From: the human T2T-CHM13v2.0 reference genome, Homo sapiens | DNA: 64,000 nucleotides | Strand: one strand, 5' to 3' | NCBI RefSeq assembly: GCF_009914755.1 | Contig: NC_060929.1 | Made by a program: the position numbers and the translations under genes | Shown: piece after piece, positions 44,090 through 60,971 of the stretch | Layout: each line of letters opens with the position of its first letter | Numbering within the stretch: the first letter of the stretch is position 1 | The notes under the pieces: model-generated | Told to the model about the DNA's origin: nothing | The model's input: only the letters and a program-made list of their open reading frames with translations | Database searches by the model: none

Positions 44090-44320
44090 AATAATAATAA
44101 TAGCCAACATATACATAGATCTTAACAATGTAATCTTTAAAGCACCCCTAAGAGATAAGTTACTATTGCTATCCTGACTTTAGAGATGAATAAAGGGAGC
44201 CTCACGGACATTAAAATTAGCTTGCCAAAGATCCCTCAGCTAATAAGAGGTGACAGCAGGTTTTTAAACCAGTCAGTCTGATTCCAGAATCCCTGCCTTT
44301 AATCACTATTCTATGCTGTC
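44090..44320 (-). mobile_element. MIR
   Basis: ataataatagccaacat...cttgccaaagatccctcagctaataag...cagtctgattccaga. Confidence 0.75.
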
Positions 44321-44349
44321 TCTTACATACCACATAGCCTACACCTAAG

Positions 44350-44670
44350 GTGTGCTGTGTTAACAAATAAAGCCTCAAATCTCAGTGGTTTAACATAATA
44401 AATATGATTTCACACTCATGCAAAATGAAATCTGTATCAGGCTTTCTCCTCACCATCTGGAATCCGGCCCCTAAGATTGCTGCTGCAGAGAAAGAAATGA
44501 CCACAGGATTTTGCAGGCCTATTTTAAAAGCCAGGCCTGCAAATGACTTACATCTCTTCCACCCACATCCCATTGGTCACATCCCAGTCACATGGACCTG
44601 GTCTAAATGCAAGAAGGCCTACAAAAGATGGGTACGTGGATGTGTAGCAAACACTGACCATCTCTGCCAT
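44350..44670 (-). mobile_element. Old MLT1 LTR fragment
   Basis: ctcaaatctcagtggtttaac...cccattggtcac...agtcacatggacc...aatgcaag. Confidence 0.6.
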
Positions 44671-44959
44671 GCTTATCCTTCAAAATTCATCTTTCTCCCC
44701 AAAAGCTGTCTTCTAAGCCGAATGAATCTCTATTTCTTCAGTACCTAAAGCACTATGTTTGCAAACCTATTTAGTAGCATATAACATCTTTTTTTAATAC
44801 GATTTATTTTAACTTCATTTTTTATCAAAGTGAAAAAAAAAAGAAGAACCTGCACATTATTGAAGTCCGTTTAGCATGCCTCTTCAGGAAGATAAACAGG
44901 AGCCTCTTACCACAGCCCTTTAGAGCCCTCCCTCTCCCTGCTCCATTCTAGACTGTTTA

Positions 44960-46990
<2,031 letters not shown>

Positions 46991-46999
46991 CCTGTGTTC

Positions 47000-47135
47000 T
47001 GTCCATGTACATACTTTCTTTACTCCAATAGAGTGTCAATTCCTTGAAGGCAGGTACTGTAACTCATTCTGCCTTTTATCTACCATGGTGTCTTGTACAT
47101 AGCAGAATCTCAATAAATAGATATTTTATTGGAGA
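47000..47135 (+). mobile_element. L2 3' end
   Basis: tccttgaaggcagg...gtacatagcagaatctcaataaata. Confidence 0.6.
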
Positions 47136-47206
47136 GCTGGAAAACGTCCTGAAATTCTACCCAGAAGCTCACAAAACCTCTTTTCCCTCGAAGTATTTGA
47201 AAAACA

Positions 47207-47880
47207 TTTTTTCAACTTTTAAGTTCAAGGGTACAAGTGAAGGTTTGTTACATAGGTGAACTTGTGTCATGAGGGTATGTTGAACAGATTATTTCATCAG
47301 CCAGGTATTATGCCTAGTACGCATTAGTTATTTTTCCTTATTCTCTCCCTCCTCCCAACCTCCAGTCTCTGAAAGGCCCCAGTGTGTGTTGTTCCTCTTT
47401 ATATGTCCCTATGTTCTCATGATTTAGCTCTCACTTACAAGTGAAGACAGGTGGTATTTGGTTTTCTGCTCCTGCATTAGTTTGCTAAGGATAATGGCCT
47501 CCAGCTCCATCCATGACTTTGCAAAGGACACGATCTCATTCTTTTTTATGGCTGCATACTATTCCATGGTGTATGTGTATCACATTTTCTTTATCCAGTC
47601 TATCATTGATGGGCATTTGGGTTGGTTCCAAGTCTTTGCTATTGTGAATAGCACTGCAATAAACATACACGTGCATGTGTCAGCCATTGTGGAAGACAGT
47701 GTAGTGATTCCTCAAAGACCTGAAGACATAAATACCATTCAACCCAGCAATCCCATTACCGAGTATGTACCCATACTCAGTATATAATCATATATTCCAA
47801 GTATATATAAAGGAATATAAATCATTTGATATAAAGACACATGCACATGTATGCTCATTGCAGCATGATTCAGAATAACA
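47207..47880 (-). mobile_element. 5'-inverted truncated L1 (L1PA15/16-like)
   Basis: 47207-47681 antisense 3' UTR/ORF2 end; 47682-47880 sense upstream ORF2 segment (agccattgtggaagacag...). Confidence 0.88.
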
Positions 47881-48879
47881 TAACTTCTTAAAAGAATAAA
47901 ATGTTTAGACAAAAATGTTCTGTCACTAAGCCCTGTAACTGTGTAGACCAGACTTTACATGTCCTCATCTCATTGTTTAGATATTTGTGTTGACTATTCA
48001 ACCTCAACTTTTTAACCAAAAGCCTAAAACAATATAATTTACAGTGAAATAATCAAAACATCTCTGATTATTTCAAAGCATTGAAGACAAAGCCAGACAG
48101 GATTTCAGGGTAAGTGGAATTCTATGCTGTGACTGAAAAATACAGTTCTCTCCCATTTTACTCTCAATCTTGAGGCTTCTATTGGCATCCTCCTGTTGTA
48201 ATTGGAATGATTCTGCCACCAAAAATACTTAGAAGGTAGTGACCCAATCTCTCAGTGATTTTTTAAACAATGGTATAAATATTGATTACTTACACAACTA
48301 GGAATAAGATAGTGTCCTCAAAGTAAGAGATGATGATTTAAAATGGCAAAGTATAAATCCACATCTGTTTTCTATGACACAAATAAAGATTATTTCTAAA
48401 TTATCAACATTTTCTTCCTCATAGCTTCTGTGTGTATATATCTTTCTAAATTGCCATTTTCGATTGGGCATCATTTTTAGCTGAGAATTTTTCAAATATG
48501 TTGTTTTAACTGCTGCTGTTTTGGTTTATGTATTTTAATTGAAGTTTCAAATTGTGTGCTTGCACCCCATGGAGTAATAACCACAAAGGGTAGAATTTTG
48601 TTAATTGAAAGAATAAATTTGAAAACAATGCCCTAAATAAGTTAGACAACTAGGTTATAGATGAGACTTCCAAGAGATATACAGATATATTTGTTAGTGC
48701 CTGTAGGCACCCTTAAATACATGTGGATCCTTTTATATAATAATAACAGATAGAATGGTAACATAAAAGTGTAAACTGCTTTAAAAAAAGCATTATATTC
48801 TTGAACTAGTTGAGTTGTAAAGTGTTTCTAAAGAAAGAATTTCACAAAGATTAAAATGTCATTATTTGCTCATAATCAC

Positions 48880-49550
48880 TGCGTAACCACTATATGCCAG
48901 ATACTATTCTAGGCACTAGAGAAAAAAATAAATGACCAAAAATAAAATAATTTGCCTTTAAGGAATTTACCATCAAGAGATAGACACACAAACAGTTGGA
49001 AAACAATGTGAAAACTGCTAGAGAATGGCTAGACATGGAGTTCTACGGGCATCGAAAAGAGAATTTTCAATTGAGACTTGCAAGATAGTTAGATATTATC
49101 CAGGAGAGAAAAAACTGCAGGGGTCATTCCATAAGGAAAGCCAAGTGTGCAGAACACACAGAAAGGAAAGATTCAGTGTGGCTGGGGAGCTATGAACAGA
49201 TTGAGGGTCAGAGGGAGAAAAGGGAGCCAGAGAGGAGGGCAGAGCCAGACTGTGAAAGACTATATATGCCATGCTAAGGAGCTTAGACAAGAAGCAACTG
49301 GAAATATGTAGAGAATTGTATGTGATGGAGTAAATAAATCAAATCCAATTTTAGAGAAGTCACAGTGATATGAAGAAGGAACTGCAAGAGGACAAGAAGA
49401 AAGGTGGAGGGTTGTTGCACTACCCAGGAGAGAAATAATAAGGGCCTGAACTGAGGGGCTGAAAGGTAAATTCAGACTATAGGAGATGGAATTGACTGGA
49501 ATTGGTGATTAATAAGATGAAGCTGTGAAGGAAAGAAGGAGTCGAAGATG
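48880..49550 (-). mobile_element. L2 fragment
   Basis: tatatgccagatactattctaggcactag..., ccatgctaaggagcttagac, gggcctgaactgagg. Confidence 0.7.
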
Positions 49551-49552
49551 AC

Positions 49553-49810
49553 TATATGATTCTACTTACATCAGATATCCAAATTGTCAAATTCATAGAA
49601 ATAAAAAATAGAGTGGTGGTTGCCAGGGTTCTGGGAGGGAGGGGAGAGAAATGGGAAATTTTTGTGTAATGGACATAGAATTAGTTTTGCAAGATAAAAA
49701 AGTTCTGTAGACCTATTGCATAATAATGTAAATATACTCAACACTACTGAACTGTACACTTAAAAATGGTTGAGGTAGTAATTAAATTTTGTTATATGTT
49801 TATTAAAGAA
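49553..49810 (+). mobile_element. L1MB-like 3' UTR fragment
   Basis: gtcaaattcatagaaa...gtggttgccaggg...actgaactgtacacttaaaaatgg. Confidence 0.8.
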
Positions 49811-49975
49811 AAGAAAATTAAAATTAAACCTAAGCAAAAGTAAATCCAGGAAATTACTTGTCAGTTAACTGAACCATCAAACCAGTTATTTCCTTTAATC
49901 TACTGGTTGTTTGATAAATTGAACTGATCAATGAATGGAACTAAAATAAATAGTTTTACTTATATATAAACCCAC

Positions 49976-50335
49976 ATTATGGTCTGAATATTTGCATCTC
50001 CCCAAAATTCATTTGTTGAAATCCTAACCCCCATATAGATGGCATTAGGAGGTGGATTTTTGAAAGTTGATTAGGACATAAAGGCATGGCCTTCATGAAT
50101 AAAATTAGTGGCCTTGTAAAAGAAGCCCCAGAGAGCTGCCTTTCTCCTTCTACCATGTGAATACACAGCTAGAAGCCTCTATGGACCAGAAAATGGCACC
50201 TCACCATACACCGAATGTACCCGCACTTTGATCTTGAACTTCTCAGCCTCCAGAACTGAGAGAAATAAATTTCTGTTATTTATAAGCCAGCTAGTCCATG
50301 GTACTGGGTTAAAGCAGCACAAACAAACTAAGATA
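49976..50335 (+). mobile_element. MLT1A0-like solo LTR
   Basis: tatggtctgaat...ccccaaaattcatttgttgaaatcctaaccccc...cagcctccagaactgagagaaataaatttctg. Confidence 0.85.
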
Positions 50336-51338
50336 ATCAAAAATGTAGTAAATAAGAAGAAGTTTTTTTGAAGCTAAAAATGATATATATGCACCCTTAA
50401 AAGTTTTAGGGAAGGTGCTGACTAGGGCCAAAATTGCCTGTCTACGTTTCTTCTATTAACATTAATCTCTCTTCAGTAAGGTGTATAGTTTGTATGATGA
50501 CATTGTAGTTCCCAAAATAATTATTAATTTAATTATTTAGATTAGGGATTATCATTTCCATGTGTTATGTGGTTAAACCTAGTAAAGTAACAATGTACAT
50601 CAAGTTGTTTTAGCCAAGAAGCTAGGTTTTTAAACTAATTTGATATATTAATAGTGTTTAATAAAATTACAAATAAATATACCATTTCATTAATATTAGA
50701 ATCACCACAGACAGAAGTGACTAGATTGCTCATCATTGATGACCCTCAATCATCCCATGTATGCATGCATCGTATCATCATGTTCAGGAGTATTAGATAG
50801 AAATGATCTCACCCCATTCCTTTGGTTTCCCTAAGAAGGTATTTTTCCCTAACCACTCGTACATTTTTGCCCCACAGCATCTCTCTCCTCATCAGGTAGA
50901 GAAACCTACCTACAACAGACACAGAGGTCAGAGGCATGGGTGTCTCTTGGTTCCCACAGGAAGCTATCATCTTGCTTTGCTCCTCTATGCTGGAAGTTGT
51001 ACCGCAGCAGGCCCCATGTGAGGTGCCCTGCTCTGATCCAGTGCTGCCTGTGACTAATTTTGCAGTTTGATGATAGGGATTTCACTATTGCCCACATTCT
51101 CCACTATTAGCCTTGGTGAACACTTGGGCTTTTCATCTGACTATCTTTTGTCTCATTTCTCCAATGATTCTACACTCTGGATGAGAAAAGGGATTATACA
51201 CAAATTCCAGAAAGGTCTACTTTTAACAAAATATATTTCAGGATATCAAGATTTAATTGTTTGCTCTAACATAACATGTGATTGTCTTTATTGATTCAGA
51301 TATTAAATACATGGATACATATAAAGAAAAATGAAGTA

Positions 51339-51617
51339 GGCCGGGCACGGTGGCTCACACCTGTAATCCCAGCACTTTGGGAGGCAGAGGCGGACAGATC
51401 ATGAGGTCAGGAGATTGTGACCATCCAGGCTAACACAGTGAAACCCTGTCTGTACTAAAAATACAAAAAATTAGCTGGGCGTGGTGGCGGGTGCATATAG
51501 TCCTAGCTATTTGGGAGGCTGAGGCAGGAGAATGGCATGAACCCAGTGCAGTGAGACGAGATCACACCACTGCACTCCAGCCTGGGTGACAGAGCGAGGC
51601 TCCATCTCAAAAAAAAA
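51339..51617 (+). mobile_element. AluY-like element with short internal deletion
   Basis: accatcc...gctaacac, aatggc(g/a)tg diagnostics; lacks gaggcggagct segment; TSD aaaaatgaagta 51327-51338 / 51613-51624. Confidence 0.92.
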
Positions 51618-51678
51618 TGAAGTATAGGTCTTAATTAACCAGCATAGACAGGAACTTGAGAATTTAAGAATGTTATAA

Positions 51679-53464
<1,786 letters not shown>

Positions 53465-53699
53465 AAGAAATAGGGCTCTTTCACACAACTCTTTTAACTA
53501 TTCCCCAAATATGTTAAATCTATTAGTAGTCCAAACCACAGCTGTTGCATTAAAATTTAAATAGTAAATATAGATTTTTAAAGTCCTTACATTTAATATT
53601 AACTTTTCTTCTGTATGGAGAAGTAAAAAAAATTCTCTAGACAACTGACTAATGTTTATTTCTCCAACGCATTCACCAAACACCAACTGATCACCTAAG

Positions 53700-54900
53700 G
53701 GCAAAACACCACTGATAAACACTATGTATACAAACCCTCGTGGTTTCTACTTTTAAAGGGCACAAATAAAACGGTGGAGATGTACATATGTACAGGTACC
53801 TAGAATAAGAAGGTATTTGCTAAGTCTCATAGAAGGTAATAAAAATTGCACGGATGTTTACAACAAATAGAGGTCTCTTTCAGAGGAGAAATGCCTGTGC
53901 AAAGTAGGGGGCATTTTCATCGGAATGTGTACAACAGTGAGCAAACATGAAGTTTGGAAAGCACAAAGCAAAGAGCTTTTGGAGAGCAGTGAGAGATAAA
54001 ACTGGAAAGGTATTTTGGGGCCATATCTGGAGCAGAGCTTGAATCCTAAAAAGAGTTAAAAATAATTGGAAAAAGGGCTGTGTGGGATGAGCAGTGAGTC
54101 AGCAAAAGATGAATAAAAGAAGTGCTGAGCAGAAAGGACAGCTCAGTTAAAGTGAACAAGCATAAATTTGTGGCAGACTCAATCAGTGCAGCTTTCTCAG
54201 CCTAGCAAGGAAATATTTAGAAGTTCAAGGTCCACGGGAAATTTTAGGCATTAAGTGAAGGCACTGCTGAGTCGGCTGACCATGAAAACAAGCTAGACGG
54301 AAATGAAGTTGGAAGGAAGTTAACAGACAAGACAAAAAAGAGCAGAGTCAGGGTTGTGATGAGAAAAAAGACCAAGATCAGTATGAGTAAGAAATTTAGA
54401 ATGGCTGACATTAAAGAGATTGTGGAAAAGGCAAGATACTCAGAATTGGAGACTGTGGAGATAGATGATGAGATCCAAGGATGGAGAGGAGTTGAGGATC
54501 ATTGGTGTCAAGGAGGTAACGAACTGTGGAATCACCGACATGATAAAAATAAAAAAAGTGATAGGTTAAATTCACTGGGTAAGGAAAAAAAGTACCACAG
54601 AGTTCCAAATACCATGGCAGCTAGGAGAGAAGGAGGATGCATGAGACAGTCGGAAAGAGAAGAGATTGCTGAATTTCAACAGCCAGAACAATATTCAGGA
54701 ATGGGCAATGGAGAAGGAAGAAGATTAATCCTCTTTCTTTGTCCTCTGTTAGCGATAAAAGAAGGGAAAAAGAGAAAGCTGTCCTGGCAAGAATTTCATG
54801 GGAGGTAACATCATTAATAAGAAAGCCAGGCTCACTTATAGAAGAGAGGTAGAAAGAGCATTTGTGAAAAATAAATCGAAAATATAGGAAAGTTTTATAA
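53700..54900 (-). mobile_element. Degenerate L2-like region
   Basis: Purine-rich; gagataaaactggaaagg...ggggccatatc resembles antisense L2. Confidence 0.4.
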
Positions 54901-54959
54901 AAACAGGGGAAAATAACAGAATAACCATAGGATCTGGTAGCACAAAATGGCAAAGGCTG

Positions 54960-55290
54960 CCTCTATGACTCATTAGGGTTATTCACAAATATTCTGGTTT
55001 ACAAAGCAGATACAAACATGGACTTGCATTAGCCAATTGAACGTAATCAAGTGACGTGTCATTTCCAGTGGTCGCTTTGCATGCTATGCACAGCTCACCA
55101 TGTCTCTTGACCTAAGGCAATTCTAGAGGCATGTGTCATATGGAGCTTTGGTCATCAGGGTCCCTGAGTGATGCTGAAGAGCAGAACCCCCTTGCCAACC
55201 CAATATACACATTTTGCCTGAGTGAAAAATAAACCTTTTTTTTGTTCGAGCCACTAAAATTTGGGGAGTGTTTGTTTCTACAGCCTAAAG
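54960..55290 (+). mobile_element. Old MLT1 LTR fragment
   Basis: gggtccctgagtga...gagcagaacccc...gagtgaaaaataaacc...gccactaaaatttgggg...cagcctaa. Confidence 0.7.
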
Positions 55291-57369
55291 TGTTTTGATT
55301 AATAGGTAATTCAAGTAACTAGAGGACAAAAACACTTTTAGAAAGTGCTTGAAATGTGTTCTCCTCTTGAGTATATCTGTTTTACAACAGTTTTTTAAAC
55401 ATCACAAAATTGTCTTCAAGACACAAAGAAGAACTATGAGAATTTAGATAAGAATACTCCAATATTAGAATGCCCTAGTGCTCACTGATGGTTTAGGACC
55501 AGCAGGAGCAACACCTGGAGCCTACCCTCTCTTTCCCCAACCCCTATTCCCCACCCCAGTCTGTTAGCTTCATTAAGCCTAAGCCACAGACTCCAGGGAG
55601 AACAAAGGGGAAAGAGATCTCTCTGGCAGAAAGGTCTGGCCTGAGCTGGAGGTGGAAGAAATAGCGAAATAGCACAAAGGAACAATTTGCTCCTAGGTAG
55701 AGTCCAGAGAAAGAGAAGTGAACCAGAAATTGGGATGGGGGTTCACTAGACATAGAATCTGAAGCTCAAAGTGAGAAGGATAACTAGAACTCATCTAATC
55801 AATATTCAACAACTTGGCAGTGATCAGAAGACAGAATTTAGTTACTGGAGATCTTGAGAGCTGACAAAATCAACCAATTCCAATATTGGATGAGTAATCT
55901 GCTGTTTATTTTGGATTTGCTTTGTTTTTGTTTTCGTCTTTACTGTCTTTTTACAGACTGGAAGATGTGGTGAGCAGGATTCAGTGGCCTATGAGGCCTC
56001 CAGTTATACCTGCCATCACCTGTAAAAATTTTCACCGGTTTACATTTTAATTTTTTAAGATACCCTGGCCATGATGGTACAGAATAAAGGATCTTATTTC
56101 CTGGATCAAAAAAGCACAAAATATGTATCCTCCTTTTTCCATTGTTAATCAACTCTATTATATCTACTCTAATTTCTAAGCCTGTGAACTCTTGCTCAAC
56201 TACCAAACATAGATGTTTGATGAAATGTCGGTTCCTGCCTGCTATGGGGTGATTCCATCAGGAAGTGGCAGACTCCCAAGCAGGATAGTCTCACTGAGAG
56301 CTGTCACTTGTGGCTTGTAATATACTGTACACTAATGACTTTGTGACTTTGTTATCCCTTTTCTTAGCTTCTCAAAGGACACCTGGCTCAACTGAACGAC
56401 TAGCTTATCACTCTGTAGGTCATCCCGACCCTTAGAAACAGAATTGAAGAGAGGAGGGAGCACCACGCAATTGTCACACCATTACTCCTAGCCCTAGAAA
56501 TGCAATGATAAAGAAGTTCAGAGATGCAAAAGAGACGGCTGGAAAGGTTGGCTTCCTCCTTAGATTTGACAAGGATAATTCCAGAGCCTATAACTTCTAG
56601 TAATAAGGTTTCAAATTGACAGCATTTGGATGGATGGATGTTATTGACAGAGTTTTCTTTATGTTACTCTAAAGGCTCTCAGGAGTTAACATGATAGGCC
56701 ACAGTCTAGAAGACAAAATGAGAGTCATTTATGCATTTTTGTGAGATGTGCATCAATGAGAAAAAAGAAATAGAAAATTTTGCATTTGAAGATTCTGAAT
56801 AAGCATCACATATCTGTTATTGTTGCCATTAGACTACTTTCCTTTTATTTAGCATTTTCAAAGCCAAACACTATACCACAGGGTTTCTTTTGTTGACTTT
56901 ACATCTTCTCTTTTTATAAATGAGTGGGGTCTGCCACCTTAATTATATAGAATGATATTTCTTCTCCCTTTTCATTTAAATTCTGTTTAAGCCAGGCATA
57001 AGGTACTACTTCCATCTAAACAAATTAGGTTAATGGAGTTTTGATAACTCAGCCACTTTTATTCAGAATAGGCCTAAATTATACATATGTGCTGCCAACT
57101 CAGAAAGGAGCTTTATTTGGAAATTACGGCTTTGGATAGATAAGATTTTTTCCAACTCTATATAATACTTACTTTTGACTTGCAATCACTTGTTATAGGC
57201 ATTTTTGTAGTATAAAACCTGGACTATGGTTAAGTTTTACCAAAGCAAGAAATTATAGAGAATTATTTGTCAGACATATGCCCACAGTATGGAATATTTT
57301 CTCTTTTACTATCAAAAATGCACCAGGAAGGGTGTGGGTGTGCAACCTAAGCAGTAATTCCAGTTCTGC

Positions 57370-57372
<3 letters not shown>

Positions 57373-57411
<39 letters not shown>
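57373..57411 (+). repeat. Pure poly(A) tract (39 nt)
   Basis: Direct count. Confidence 0.95.
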
Positions 57412-57412
<1 letters not shown>

Positions 57413-57934
57413 AAGAAAGAAAGATTACTTAGGAATTCCAGAACACAATTGTGTGGCAGGACACAAATGTTCTTTTCATGCAGAAATAAATTGCTTTATT
57501 TACCTTCCCCCGCTTCTTGCATTAGAAGGATGAAACATAAATGTTTCCATTCTTCACCAGGGAATATTTGAAAATTAAATCTTCCATGAATTTGAGAAGG
57601 GGAGATAGCTCATGAAGTTGATTCTGGTTCTAAGGTTTATGGACCATCAATGTCTATTGAGAAAAAATAAAAGAAAAGACTTTAAGAATAAAGAGAAGGA
57701 GACTAGATGGAAGAGTGAAGGATAGGGTTCACCAGATGGGCTGCTGACATCTGGGGCCTGATTCTAGCAAAGTTAGCTGGAAGGGAGAGGGCCTATTGCC
57801 CTAGAAGACACAGTGAGGAGGATGAAATAGGAGCGTCTGCTTATGGCTGTCCTAGAATGCACTGGATTGTGAAGAGAGAAGAGCCTTCACTGACAACCAC
57901 CCAGAACCACCAATCCACTCAGGCCAGAACCACC

Positions 57935-58305
57935 TATATTAGTTTCTTACCACTGCAGTAAGAAATTACCACAAACACAGTGGCTTAAAACAACACAAAT
58001 TGAATCTGCTACAGGTCTGGGTGTCATGAGTACAAAATAAGGCTTAAAGGTTCTGGAAGAGCTGATTCCTTCTGGAGGCTCTCAAGAGAATTCACTTTTT
58101 GTCTTTTCTAGCTTTGATTCCTTGCCTCATGGCCCTGCATCACATCATTTTTCTCTCACTGCTTCTGTAATCACATCACCTTCCACTTTTGAATAATTAC
58201 AGTCCTGGTATAAGAACTCTTGTGACTATGTTTAGGGCCCACCTGGATAATCCAGAATAACCTCTACTTAACAAGATCCTTAACTTAATCACGTGTGCAA
58301 AGGCT
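57935..58305 (-). mobile_element. MLT1C/D-like LTR fragment
   Basis: tattagtttc...aattaccacaaacacagtggcttaaaacaacac...ggataatccagaataa...atccttaacttaatcac. Confidence 0.85.
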
Positions 58306-58429
58306 CTGACCAGGGACAATAGTTAATGACCCCACAGATAGAATAACATTGACCATGTGTTGAAAAAAAAAAAGTTAACTTCAATCCCAAAAAGTTAATA
58401 TAATTAGAATAATGTCCAATGATAAAGCC

Positions 58430-58700
58430 AACTTTGAGTTGTAGTGGAATTATAAGAGAAATATCTTAGTGTGGAGTTCCAGGATCTCCTTAGTCTATTA
58501 TTTTGTTAATTATTTAAATTAACAAAGTTAATTCATTTAAATACCTGCAAATTAGCTGAAATAATGCATGTTCTAAAGAGGAAGACAAATCATTATTTTT
58601 CTATAACTGGTCATTGGAAAAACCATTTAATGCACACCTAGTCCAGTTCGTGGCACTGTTGCATATTAGGTTTGGTTGGCCCAGCAGCAGTGTCAAGCTA
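58430..58700 (+). mobile_element. Possible L3/CR1 fragment
   Basis: ggagttccaggatctcctt (GVPQGS-like remnant) and gtccagttcgtggcac resemble CR1 RT region. Confidence 0.35.
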
Positions 58701-59339
58701 TTCACAGATTCCCATGGTTCTTGAATCCCTTTCTAGCCAGGAGAGTAGCAACATGTTCCCTACCTTGGAGAGGTGTAAATCTGAAGCACAAGTGAACTGA
58801 TATTCCAATAATATCAGACCCTTTTAAAAGCTCAACACTCAAAAAAGATGTGGAAAAGGTTATGTTTGAAGACAATACACAGCACAGGCATCTTACAGTA
58901 AATTTTATTAGGTTTTTAAAGAGAATTATAGATGATAATGGATCTGTGGGATAATAGATAGTCCCGGAGGAACTACAAAGCTGTGATGCACGTGAGGGCC
59001 TCCACTAATGCTGTAAACAGTGAAAGTGTAGGCCCAGCAGTTTATGAATAGTCAATGTATTCAAAAAAGAAATTCAGCTTCATATTAACGTTGTTATAAT
59101 CTACTGATATTTAATTCTTAGTAATGATTTTATTGATTTTCATATTTTAGTAATGCAAGCAAATAAAATGCCTTAGAACCTCAGAGATACTATTAGAAAT
59201 AAAAGCATTTGCATTTTTTCCTATAAGTAGGCTATTATATTAGCTTTTCATTCATTTATTTATTCATTCATTTTTTCAGTCATTAAATAAATCTTTTCTG
59301 AGCATTTGCTGTCCTGATAGATGTATGGACACACATAAT

Positions 59340-59560
59340 TGTTATCACTTAATTATCTATAGTTTTACAATTTACAAGACATTTTCCAGGTATTATCCCA
59401 CTTAATAGCTATGAGGTGGGTATTTTTGCCATCTTTTATGGAAGGGGAAACTGAAGGTTCACATTATCAAGAATCTTCCAAAAGGTCAGCTTGTCTTGGG
59501 GAACAGGCAGAGCTATAATTTAACCTCAATTATCTGTTTCCAGAGCCATCACAGCACACT
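59340..59560 (-). mobile_element. MIR
   Basis: tttacaatttacaagac...ctatgaggtgggtatt...ggggaaactgaagg. Confidence 0.65.
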
Positions 59561-60049
59561 GTTTGATTTCTCCCAGCCTTTTGAAATCTTAGTGTCTTCA
59601 AGGAGTCTTACAATACAAGGTAAGAAACCTCTATACCACAGTCTCAAGAATGTGCAAGTATTTTTCCAGGCTCCTAGGTATCATAATTCACAGTTTCTGG
59701 AGAATTACCCTTTCCAGTACCTCTCCTCAAACCAAAAGTTAACCACCTTTTCAACTTTCATCTAAGGTTTTATCTCTCGATTAACAGCCATTTTCCACAA
59801 TGAAGCACAGCTTGTAATGAGTTCACAAAACTTACTGCCTGTATTACAATAAGGAAAAAACATCGAAGCCTCACTGAGGTCTCAATTTTATGCAGCGCAT
59901 GACTTAGTCCCCAGTGAGAAAATTCACCCCTGCATGCCAGCTTTGCAGCAGACAAGATTTGGGATTATACCTTAGAAATGTTACAAAGACCGTTGAATTG
60001 CACCTTTGTGGGGTCCTGTGAGTAATCAAATTTAAATGTTAAATCCATG

Positions 60050-60430
60050 AGTGGTCAGCCTCTGTGATATGGAGAAAGTGCAGAAGTTGAAAGAAAGGGG
60101 AAATTACAACTAATGAGAACAAGGAAGACTTATGGAGAAAGCAGTCATGGAGCTGAGCATTGATGTCTAAGTTGGTGTTCAGTGGAAGACTGTGGGGAAG
60201 AGATCCCAAGAGGAGAAAATGTCGTGAGCAAAGGCATGAACAAGGGATAAGCTGGTTCTATTCTGGGTTCACTAAGCCGCCAATGGGAGAGTAAAGTAGG
60301 AGATAAACTAAGGGAGTAAAAGGAGCTGGAATGAACTGTATTTACTAGCAATAGAAGTTACTGGAAGTTTAAGACGAGGGTGATGTACTCAAGGAAGCAC
60401 ATTTGGCAGAAATGCAAGGTGGATTTAAAA
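60050..60430 (-). mobile_element. L2 fragment
   Basis: ggaagacttatggaga...gagcaaaggcatgaa...ctggaagttttaag-like segments. Confidence 0.45.
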
Positions 60431-60459
60431 ACCTGAGAGCTTTCCAATCTTCCTATTTC

Positions 60460-60892
60460 TCACTAACAAATATGGAGACTAAAAATAGCAGCTACTTATG
60501 GTCCTGGCTGCATTTGCACTACGGCATAAGAAAGTGAACAAATCCTGGCTAATGAGATATAGAGGGAAATCTTCTGAGAGTTATCTGGGAAAGCTTTTCT
60601 CCCTTGATAAGGAAGACTCATGAAGAGAAATCCTCCCTCTCCCTTCCTGCAGCGAAATGCTCTTGTGTGAGAACCTGATGCACGGAGCCGCAGCAGCTAT
60701 ACTGTGACCATAAAGGGAAGGTCAGGGAAGTCGCAGAAAACCACTCCAGAGCCCTGACACTGCAGACCTATTGAAGCAACCGTGGAAACTCCTGCTTAAA
60801 ATCTTCTTTATGTGAAAGGAAAATTAAATCCTGATGATTAAAGCTACTTTTAGTTTGTTCTTGTGTTAGCTTCAACCAAAAGTAGCCTGACA
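60460..60892 (+). mobile_element. Old MLT1 (J/K/L-like) LTR
   Basis: ctggctaatgagatatagagggaa...gcagcagctatactgtgaccataaggg-like...aaccaaaagtagcctgaca. Confidence 0.65.
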
Positions 60893-60971
60893 CCAGAGGC
60901 TACAACAATGATGCTGGTGAAAGGTAGCAATTTCCAGGATGGTGCCAATGAATTTGGAAGTAGTGGGATGT

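Noticed and set aside
54356-54808. 150-aa charged ORF
   Set aside because: Arises from purine-rich, probably L2-derived sequence poor in stop codons; no known domain.
57278-57571. Poly-lysine ORF
   Set aside because: Artefact of the A39 tract.
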